Shown one piece after another: positions 50,625 through 58,361 of a DNA stretch of 64,000 bases (the stretch's first letter is position 1; each line of letters begins with the position of its first letter). Source of the DNA: Patescibacteria group bacterium (GTDB lineage Bacteria > Patescibacteriota > Patescibacteriia > UBA1558 > GWA2-36-10); NCBI GenBank assembly GCA_041665545.1, contig JBAYIQ010000004.1:18132-82131 (forward strand), given 5' to 3'. The notes under the pieces are model-generated. The model worked only from the letters and a program-made list of their open reading frames with translations. It was not told where the DNA came from and ran no database searches. Position numbers and translations under genes: made by a program.

Positions 50625-51113
50625 ATGGATCAAAATTTGATTGTTGTAAATGAAAATAACGAAGTTGTTAAAATAGTTGATTCAGTTGAAGTACATCATA
50701 GCAATTTATTACATCGCTCAGTACACGTTATTGTTGTTGGCAAAGGAGAAAAATTTTTTTGTCGGCAAATTAGTTCCACCAGTTCCCTTTATGCAAATTA
50801 TTGGTCAACGGCCACAGGTGCTCATATATTGGCTAATCATGAGCCACTTGAGACAGCGCAGTATTCTTTAAAAGATTTATTGGGCATATCTATGGATTTA
50901 GAATTTATTGGAGATGTACGCATTAACGATGGTGTTGAAAATGAAATAAGTTCAACATACGTGGGTTATTACGATGGGATATTTAATTTAAATAAGAGTA
51001 AGTTGACCGACGGCAAATTTTTTACCGATGAAGAATTAAGTATTCTTTTTGAGTCAGAAAAAGTTACACCACACTTAGTTAAATCAATTGAATTATATAG
51101 AAAAATTAAATAA
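50625..51113 (+). CDS. NUDIX/IPP-isomerase-like protein (degenerate Nudix box)
   Basis: VVNENNE, LLHRSVHV, WSTATGAH; the catalytic REx2EE is replaced by YSLKDL. Confidence 0.6.
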   Translation: MDQNLIVVNENNEVVKIVDSVEVHHSNLLHRSVHVIVVGKGEKFFCRQISSTSSLYANYWSTATGAHILANHEPLETAQYSLKDLLGISMDLEFIGDVRINDGVENEISSTYVGYYDGIFNLNKSKLTDGKFFTDEELSILFESEKVTPHLVKSIELYRKIK

Positions 51114-51121
51114 ACAAAAAT

Positions 51122-52054
51122 ATGCGTTCAGAATTTAGAAAAGATTATATTCAAGAAAAATATGTAATCATTGCTCCACGGCGGATAAGGCGCCCCAATG
51201 ATGTCAGGGTACCAGTCGATCAAACTACCAAGCAATTTGATGATGCTTGTCAGTTTTGCCCTGATCATCTGAAAGGCGAAAAACTTCTCTATCATCTTGG
51301 ACCAGCCAAAAATTGGCGCATTGCCACCAAGGCCAACAAATATCCAGTAGTGACTCTCAATAACCCCTTGGCCTATGGTCAGCAGGAAGTGGTTATAGAA
51401 ACACCAGATCATCTTAGGGAGCTTGAAGACTTGCCAGTGGAGCATTTGGCCGAGTTGCTGACAACTTATGCGGAAAGAACCAAGGCCATTACCAAAAATA
51501 AAAAAATTGAATATATTTTGATATTCAAAAATAATGGTGGCACAGCTGGCGCCTCTCTACAACACTCGCATTCGCAAATTTTTGCTACTAATTTTCTACC
51601 GCCACATTTGGCTGACAAATCACAGCGCCAGCAAGCTTATAAATTGCAAAAAGGTACTTGTGTTTATTGCGATGTAATAAAAAAAGAAAAAAAGGGTCCG
51701 CGCTTTGTCTGGCAGGACAAAAATATTATTGCCTTCACGCCTTATGCTTCGATGTTTAATTATGAAATATGGATTATGCCCAAAAGGCACATTGATAATA
51801 TTACTTTACTTACTGCCGAGGAAAAGTTATCTTGGGCTAAGATTTTAAAACACAGCTTGAAAAAAATCAGTTTGCTCAACCTGCCTTACAATTATTATTT
51901 TCATCAGGTGATTCACGATGAGGACCAGCATTTATATATGAAGATAGTGCCTCGTGGCTCGGTCTGGGCGGGAGTAGAGATTGGTTCAGGATTGATAATC
52001 AATCCAATTGCTCCAGAGGAAGCGGCTAAGTTTTATAGATTGGGATTGAAATAA
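51122..52054 (+). CDS. GalT-like (HIT superfamily) nucleotidyltransferase
   Basis: APRR..RP, CQFCP, NKYP, GASLQHSHSQ, CVYCD. Confidence 0.88.
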   Translation: MRSEFRKDYIQEKYVIIAPRRIRRPNDVRVPVDQTTKQFDDACQFCPDHLKGEKLLYHLGPAKNWRIATKANKYPVVTLNNPLAYGQQEVVIETPDHLRELEDLPVEHLAELLTTYAERTKAITKNKKIEYILIFKNNGGTAGASLQHSHSQIFATNFLPPHLADKSQRQQAYKLQKGTCVYCDVIKKEKKGPRFVWQDKNIIAFTPYASMFNYEIWIMPKRHIDNITLLTAEEKLSWAKILKHSLKKISLLNLPYNYYFHQVIHDEDQHLYMKIVPRGSVWAGVEIGSGLIINPIAPEEAAKFYRLGLK

Positions 52055-52057
52055 TAC

Positions 52058-52085
52058 CGCCCATAGGGCGACCGTCCTTTGGACG
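52058..52085. repeat. 28-bp double-hairpin element, copy 3
   Basis: CGCCCATAGGGCGACCGTCCTTTGGACG. Confidence 0.7.
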
Positions 52086-52221
52086 GGAAAGTTGAAAGTA
52101 AAAAGTAGAAAGTTAATAGCTTTCTACTTTTTTTGGCTAATATTAGGTAAATATTTATTTAATATTATCAATAGTTATTATATAATCCTTAAAATCTATA
52201 TAATTATTTTTTTGGTATTTT

Positions 52222-52650
52222 TTATTGGTTAATATTTTGAGCAATAAATTGATAAAGCGCCATTGCAGCGTATTCTGCATAGGTATTGTTGGTGCAACTG
52301 AAGCGATAGTAATCATCGATTGATCGTATAATATTATCGGGAGCAGTAGACCCTATTCTTTTGGTCCGCTCTAAAATATAATTAAGCTTTTCAATGATTT
52401 TTTCTATAGTCGTGCCAGAGTCTTTTTCTTTTTGTAATTCAGCAGTAACTTCTTGAATAATGTTTAGATATTTTTGGTAAATTGGTTTTAAATGTTTTTC
52501 TATTAGCAAGTCTTTTTCACTCGCCTGAATCCACCCGATATCTAGAGCATAAGTAAGGCATTCTTCGTAATATGTATTTTCATCCAGGATTTTTCCCCTG
52601 TCTTCATTTTGTATTTCTGGCCATTGTCCTGGTAATCTTGTTTTTTCCAT
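52222..52650 (-). CDS. Hypothetical protein (starts MEK)
   Basis: ORF track; AT-rich; start lies within the duplicated tyrS-end repeat. Confidence 0.65.
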   Translation of the reverse strand: MEKTRLPGQWPEIQNEDRGKILDENTYYEECLTYALDIGWIQASEKDLLIEKHLKPIYQKYLNIIQEVTAELQKEKDSGTTIEKIIEKLNYILERTKRIGSTAPDNIIRSIDDYYRFSCTNNTYAEYAAMALYQFIAQNINQ

Positions 52651-52745
52651 ATTTTATTATTTCACTTTTCCAAATTTCCTTTTTCCAGCTTGCACCACAT
52701 CGCCGGATTTGATGATGATATCTTTGTCCCAAGCTGATATTTTTT
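52642..52745. repeat. 104-bp direct repeat, copy of the tyrS 3' end + spacer + ATGGAAAAA
   Basis: Identical to 53300-53403 (offset 658). Confidence 0.92.
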
Positions 52746-53308
52746 TATATTACCATTGCTATCCCCATAGCCATTAGAGTATTCCACCATATATATAAAT
52801 AAGCAAATCCTATTTCAGGATGCAATTCCTTATATTCTAAAAAATCATTAATAGTACTTGTATAGATGGGGTTCTGTAGAGGGGTTGTGTTATATTCAGC
52901 TAGTAGCCACACAAAAGCAATTACCCCAGCCAATAAAGATAAAAATATTATACTGTTTTTTGAAATTTTGGTTATAGATCCTAAGCCAATAAGCATAATC
53001 AATCCACCCACAAAACCAGCTACTAGGAAAGAAAAAGGTGGTTTTATAATAGCTTCAGCTATGACCACCCAAAAAGATGCATGATAAGCAATAGCGCAAC
53101 AGGCGAGCCATATTAAGGTATTCTCAGGATTCTTTTTTTCTTTTTTAATAATAAATATGGCCGGAAATATAAAAATCCCAAAAATTAATCCTGGCAATAG
53201 AGATAAGGCATAAAAGTTATGGGTAACATCAAAGAGCAGAATATAGTTAACTACTAGTGCGGACATAAGGCCAAACAGTGGCAAAATAATAAATTTTAAT
53301 TTTTCCAT
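52745..53308 (-). CDS. Hypothetical multi-TM protein (starts MEK)
   Basis: ORF track; about 6 hydrophobic segments; bracketed by the 104-bp repeat. Confidence 0.7.
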   Translation of the reverse strand: MEKLKFIILPLFGLMSALVVNYILLFDVTHNFYALSLLPGLIFGIFIFPAIFIIKKEKKNPENTLIWLACCAIAYHASFWVVIAEAIIKPPFSFLVAGFVGGLIMLIGLGSITKISKNSIIFLSLLAGVIAFVWLLAEYNTTPLQNPIYTSTINDFLEYKELHPEIGFAYLYIWWNTLMAMGIAMVI

Positions 53309-53314
53309 ATTTTA

Positions 53315-54523
53315 TTATTTCACTTTTCCAAATTTCCTTTTTCCAGCTTGCACCACATCGCCGGATTTGATGATGATATCTTTGTCCCAAGCTGATATTT
53401 TTTCGTGGTTTAATTTAAAACCACCACCATCAATCAGGCGCCTGGCTTCACCTTTTGAATTTACTAATTTCATTTGTAATAGCAAATCAATAGGATTTAT
53501 TTTATTTTTGCCAATAATAAATTCAGGCATTTCGTCAGGATTGGCTTTTTTAGCAAAAATGTTGGTGAATTCTTGGCCAGCTTTTGTAGCCACATTTTCA
53601 CCAAAATAAATTTTTACAACTTCATTGGCTAGCTGGAATTTTATGTCGCGGGGATTTTTGCCAGCCCGCAAATCTTTAGCAAGCTGTTTTATTTCATTCA
53701 GCGGCACTCTAGTACAGAGCTCAAAGCCGGAAATAATCATACCGTCAGTCCAAGACATAATTTTGCCAAACATATCTTGAGCTGTATCTGATAGGGCGAC
53801 CATGTTGCCCTCGGATTTACCCATTTTTTTGCCACTGGTGTCAGTCAGTAGGCGCATGGTAATGACAAACTTTTCCTTGTGTTTCAGTTCTTTCATAAGA
53901 TCGCGGCCAGCCAACATATTGAAAGTCTGGTCATTGCCACCTATTTCGCCATCAACATCCATAGCCACGCAGTCATAGGCCTGCAGGACTGGATACATGA
54001 ATTCGTGTAAGTAGATCGGCTTAGCTGATTTGATGCGCTCTTGGAACATATCTCGCTCTAGCAAGCGCTGGACAGTAAAGTGTTTGGCCAAATCCATGAC
54101 TTGATTAAAATTCATTTTGCTCTGCCACTGGCTATTGAATTTTATTTCCGCCTTATTACTGCCCGAAAAGTTTATTAGTTTGCTAGCTTGATTTTTGTAG
54201 CTTTTGGCATTTGTCAAAACCTGCTCCCTAGTCAAGGCTTGGCGGGCGGCTGTTTTATCTGTCGGGTCACCAACCATGCCAGTAAAATCGCCAATCAATA
54301 ATATTATTTTATGACCCAATTCTTGGAATTGTCGGAGCTTCTCTATGGTTATGGCATGACCCAAATGCAGTGTCGGGCCAGTAGGATCAACACCCAAATA
54401 CAAGGTTAGCTGTTTGCCAGAGGACAACTGTTTTTTTAGGTATTCCTTATTAGGGTAGACATTTTCCATACCCCTTTCCAATAGTTCTTGAATTTTTGCT
54501 TGATCCGTGCTAATTTTAGCCAT
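53315..54523 (-). CDS. tyrS: Tyrosyl-tRNA synthetase
   Basis: GVDPTGPTLHLGH, GGNDQ, KMGKS, C-terminal S4 domain. Confidence 0.97.
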   Translation of the reverse strand: MAKISTDQAKIQELLERGMENVYPNKEYLKKQLSSGKQLTLYLGVDPTGPTLHLGHAITIEKLRQFQELGHKIILLIGDFTGMVGDPTDKTAARQALTREQVLTNAKSYKNQASKLINFSGSNKAEIKFNSQWQSKMNFNQVMDLAKHFTVQRLLERDMFQERIKSAKPIYLHEFMYPVLQAYDCVAMDVDGEIGGNDQTFNMLAGRDLMKELKHKEKFVITMRLLTDTSGKKMGKSEGNMVALSDTAQDMFGKIMSWTDGMIISGFELCTRVPLNEIKQLAKDLRAGKNPRDIKFQLANEVVKIYFGENVATKAGQEFTNIFAKKANPDEMPEFIIGKNKINPIDLLLQMKLVNSKGEARRLIDGGGFKLNHEKISAWDKDIIIKSGDVVQAGKRKFGKVK

Positions 54524-54546
54524 AGTTTCGATTTTTCTTAATTTCA

Positions 54547-54671
54547 GCCCGTGGAATAATCCCGCCTAAGCGGGATTAGTGCCACGTTATGATTATTAAT
54601 TATATTTTATTTTACATTACTATAAAACCCAAATTTAGCAAAATAGTGTTCAGTGGCACTATTCCACGGGC
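54547..54671. mobile_element. MITE-like element with a palindrome inserted in its left end
   Basis: GCCCGTGGAATA[ATCCCGCCTAAGCGGGATTA]GTGCCAC ... GTGGCACTATTCCACGGGC. Confidence 0.7.
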
Positions 54672-54728
54672 TAAAGTATATTCAAATTATAGCTTATTTT
54701 TGCTATAATTCAAATACTAATTACAAAT

Positions 54729-57611
54729 ATGCCTATCCCCCAATTAGAACCAACTTTTCAACATAAAAAAATAGACCAAAAGCCAAGTTTTTTTTCCAAA
54801 GGACTGGTCGGCTCTGGTCACAGACAATCCAAGGCCCCGAAGAAGGGATTTTTTGGAAGATGGTTTAAAAAATATTGGCTACATATTGTTGCCCTGATTT
54901 TGTTACTGGGCATTGCTTTTATTGCTCTGGTGGCCTGGTATTCCAAGGACTTGCCAGATGTCAACAAATTGATTGACCGTAGCTCACCTTTGAGCACCAA
55001 GATTTATGACAGCAAGGGCGAGACACTGCTTTATGAAGTGCATGGACCAGAGCAAAGAACTTTGGTGACTATTAGCGAGTTGCCCGACTATATCAAACAA
55101 GCCACCATTGCTATTGAAGATAAAGATTTTTATAACCATAGCGGAATTTCTATCAAGGGGATTATTCGCGGGCAGATTGTACCCCGCTTAAGCGGACAAA
55201 GAGCGCAGGGTGGCTCGACCTTGACTCAGCAATTTGTAAAAAATGCTATTTTGACTAATGAGCGTCGCGTGTCCAGAAAAATAAAAGAATGGGTTTTGTC
55301 TTATCGCATTGAACAAAAATTTACCAAAGATGAAATCCTACAAATGTATTTGAATGAAATTCCTTATGGCGGATCAGCTTATGGCATTGAGTCTGCGGCG
55401 CATTATTATTTTGACAAGTCAGCCAAAGATTTGACCCTAGGCGAAGCCGCAGTGTTGGCTGCTCTACCGCAGTCACCAACATATTTGTCGCCATTTGGCA
55501 ACAACAAAGATAAATTAATTACTCGTCAGCACACAGTTTTGAATTTGATGGTTGATCAAGGATATATTACTAAAGAAAAAGCCGAAGAAGCCAAACAGCA
55601 AGAATTAAAATTTAAAAAAAGAGCGGAGAATATGCGCGCCCCGCATTTTGTCACCTATGTCAAACAGCAGTTAGAGGAAGAATATGGTACTACCATGGTT
55701 GAACAAAGCGGTTGGAAAATAACCACTTCGCTAGATTGGGAAATGCAACAAGCTGCCGAACGAGCTGTGGCTGAAGTGGCGCCAAAGAATAAAGAAAAAT
55801 ACGACGCTGATAATGCCGCTCTAGTGGCTATTGATGTGGCTACTGGTGATATCAAGGCCATGGTGGGCTCCAAAGACTTTTTTGATGATACGATTGATGG
55901 ACAGGTCAATGTGGCCATAGCCGATAGACAGCCCGGTAGCTCCATCAAACCAATTGTCTATTTAACAGCTTTTATCAAGGGTTATAGACCTGACACTATT
56001 CTTTTTGACTTGGCTACCAAGTTTGGCATCAAGGCCGATGGCACACCCTACAAGCCACTGGACTACGACGGCAAAGAAAGAGGCCCAGTTTCTATTAGGC
56101 AGGCCTTAGCCGGCTCATTGAATATTCCAGCAGTTAAAGTACTGTATCTAGCTGGAGTAAAAAGTGTCACTGATTTGGCTACTCAACTCGGCTATACTAC
56201 CCTGACCAATCCAGATCGTTATGGCTTGTCACTAGTCTTGGGAGGAGCAGAAGTGAAATTATTGGAGCACGTCAATGCTTATGCGGCTATTGCCAGAGAA
56301 GGAGTAGCTCAAGATTATCGCTCGGTATTGAAGATAGAAGACTCTAAGGGTGAGATAGTCAAAGAAAATAAAGAAAACAAAGGACGCCGAGTAGTTGATA
56401 AAAAATATACTAGAATTTTGTCTGATGTTATGTCAGACAATTCAGCTCGCGCCTTTATTTTTGGGGAAGCAAACTTTTTAACCTTGCCAGATAGACCAGT
56501 GGCGGCCAAGACTGGTACTACCAATGATTACCATGATGCTTGGACAGTGGGCTTTACGCCTGATATTGCGGCTGGCGTCTGGGTGGGCAACAGTAATAAT
56601 CGAGCTATGAAGCCAGGGGCTGATGGTTCGATTGTGGCGGCGCCAATTTGGAACAAATTTATGCGCGAGGTGACAGCCAAAATGCCGGTCAAGGGTTTTG
56701 AAAAAGAAGTTTTGGAGCCCTGTGACAAAACTATGCTTTGCGGTCAGCTAGCCAAAGAACAAATTGTAAAAATTGATAAAGTCACTGGCAAACTAGCTAC
56801 GGCCTATACGCCCTATGACCAAATTGAAGAAAAAAAATATTTGGAAGTGCATGAAATTTTACAATATGTAAATATCAACGATCCGTTTGGTCCACCACTT
56901 GATAATCCTAGCAACGATCCACAGTATATGGCTTGGGAAGAGCCAATCAAAAAATGGGCCACCGATAATGGGTACAATACTGATCCCGTGCCAACAGAAT
57001 TTGATGATACTCATAAGCCAGAGAATCAGCCGAGCATCAGCATCCTGTCCCCCAGCGAAAACCAAACCATCAATTCCACTAGTGTTAATATTTCCGTGCA
57101 AGTTAGCGCTCCACTTGGCGTAACAAAAGTAGAATACTTTTTGGACAATGATAAAGTTGGCGAAAGCATTAGCGCGCCGTTTGGTTTGAATTACAGTATC
57201 AATCCATTTGTCAGCAATGGCTCGCATCGTTTGCGGGCAATTGCTTCAGATGATATTGGTGATTACAAAGAAGTTAGTATCAATATCAATATCCAACTTG
57301 ACCCGTCATTAAGACAATTTAATTTGCAATGGGTTGATCCGCAAAATAATGCCAACATCTCTGCTACCAGTCTACCCTACAATCTGCGAGTCAGTTTAGA
57401 CAAGCCACAAAATATAAAAAAAATAGATTTTTATTATAAAGATCAGAGTAATAATTCTCAGTGGTTTGCTTATATTGAAAATCCAAGCAATTCACCGAGC
57501 ACGCTCTGGGGCAAGGGCTTGTTGCCTGGCACTTACCGGCTTTATATGGTGGTTCAGGATCAGGGTAATAGTTTAATGACTACACCGGAAATAAGCGTCA
57601 ATATACAATAA
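54729..57611 (+). CDS. Class A penicillin-binding protein (PBP1A family) with C-terminal Ig-like domains
   Basis: EDKDF, GGSTLTQQ, RKIKE, GSSIKP, SLN, KTGT. Confidence 0.93.
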   Translation: MPIPQLEPTFQHKKIDQKPSFFSKGLVGSGHRQSKAPKKGFFGRWFKKYWLHIVALILLLGIAFIALVAWYSKDLPDVNKLIDRSSPLSTKIYDSKGETLLYEVHGPEQRTLVTISELPDYIKQATIAIEDKDFYNHSGISIKGIIRGQIVPRLSGQRAQGGSTLTQQFVKNAILTNERRVSRKIKEWVLSYRIEQKFTKDEILQMYLNEIPYGGSAYGIESAAHYYFDKSAKDLTLGEAAVLAALPQSPTYLSPFGNNKDKLITRQHTVLNLMVDQGYITKEKAEEAKQQELKFKKRAENMRAPHFVTYVKQQLEEEYGTTMVEQSGWKITTSLDWEMQQAAERAVAEVAPKNKEKYDADNAALVAIDVATGDIKAMVGSKDFFDDTIDGQVNVAIADRQPGSSIKPIVYLTAFIKGYRPDTILFDLATKFGIKADGTPYKPLDYDGKERGPVSIRQALAGSLNIPAVKVLYLAGVKSVTDLATQLGYTTLTNPDRYGLSLVLGGAEVKLLEHVNAYAAIAREGVAQDYRSVLKIEDSKGEIVKENKENKGRRVVDKKYTRILSDVMSDNSARAFIFGEANFLTLPDRPVAAKTGTTNDYHDAWTVGFTPDIAAGVWVGNSNNRAMKPGADGSIVAAPIWNKFMREVTAKMPVKGFEKEVLEPCDKTMLCGQLAKEQIVKIDKVTGKLATAYTPYDQIEEKKYLEVHEILQYVNINDPFGPPLDNPSNDPQYMAWEEPIKKWATDNGYNTDPVPTEFDDTHKPENQPSISILSPSENQTINSTSVNISVQVSAPLGVTKVEYFLDNDKVGESISAPFGLNYSINPFVSNGSHRLRAIASDDIGDYKEVSININIQLDPSLRQFNLQWVDPQNNANISATSLPYNLRVSLDKPQNIKKIDFYYKDQSNNSQWFAYIENPSNSPSTLWGKGLLPGTYRLYMVVQDQGNSLMTTPEISVNIQ

Positions 57612-57612
57612 T

Positions 57613-57641
57613 AAAAAACCCGCGTAAAAAGCGGGTTTTTT
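57613..57641 (+). terminator. PBP terminator abutting the cassette 6 promoter
   Basis: AAAAAACCCGC-GTAAAAA-GCGGGTTTTTT. Confidence 0.8.
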
Positions 57642-57668
57642 GACAAATTTAATTTATAGATTTAAGAT
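57640..57668 (+). promoter_or_regulatory. Cassette 6 promoter
   Basis: TTGACA-17 nt-TAAGAT. Confidence 0.65.
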
Positions 57669-57738
57669 ACTTTCGGTGTCTTGACGACTGGTTCTAGCGT
57701 CTTGACCGTTTGACCACCCATAACGCGGGAGAATAGAC

Positions 57739-58235
57739 ATGTTGGATTTGACTCGGCCCCGCACTTCGGATGAGGTCTATGTTTCTGGCGCATTGACCAA
57801 TGCCAAGTTGAAAGGAGGAGTCGATCCCAGGGAGCTTTATAAGCTGATCGGCGATCTCTGTCGGCGTAAGGGTCTCAATCCCTACGTACCGCATTTGCAC
57901 ACCGATCCGGTCTTGCACAAGGACATTCATCCCACGTACGTCTACGAAATGGACCATCAGAAGGTGCTGGATGCCTGCCTGCTCATTGCCTATGTGGGCC
58001 AGGCCAGTGGTGTGTTGGTATGGAGATGGAGATGGCCAGAGCCAATTTCACCCCGATCATCGTGCTGTACGAGGCCGATGTTCCGGTCACCAACATCTCA
58101 CGCATGTATCGGGGAAATCGGGCTGTGAAGGCAGTGGTCCGCTTCATGGACATGGATGACGCTTTGGCTAAGCTGGAGCTGGCCATTGAAGTGGTGCTGG
58201 CAAGGTGGGTTCGGTCTCAACCGCTGATCTTCTAG
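57739..58235 (+). pseudogene. GC-rich cassette 6: nucleoside 2-deoxyribosyltransferase/Rcl-like gene, frameshifted near 58010
   Basis: VYVSGAL, YVPH, D..VLDACLLIAY..S in one frame; VGMEMEMA...PIIVLY...ISRM continues in another frame. Confidence 0.7.
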
Positions 58236-58281
58236 CGTTTTCTCGAACAAGTTCTTAACCACAGGACACAGTCCTGACCAC

Positions 58282-58314
58282 AAGGAGCTCGTCCGCACGG
58301 GCTCCTTTGATTTT
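58282..58314 (+). terminator. Terminator of cassette 6
   Basis: AAGGAGCTCGT-CCGC-ACGGGCTCCTT followed by TGATTTT. Confidence 0.75.
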
Positions 58315-58361
58315 GTTTAACACTTGCCACATAGCCCAAAAAACACTATTATATCTTAGAT

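Noticed and set aside
52088-52132. AAAGT(T/A)N heptamer run after the GalT-like gene
   Set aside because: Only four degenerate units, explained as part of a terminator hairpin.
58325-58355. Similarity of the uvrB upstream region (CCACATAGCC, AACACTAT) to the cassette 5 promoter
   Set aside because: Order and spacing differ; it reads as an ordinary TTGCCA-17-TATTAT promoter for uvrB.
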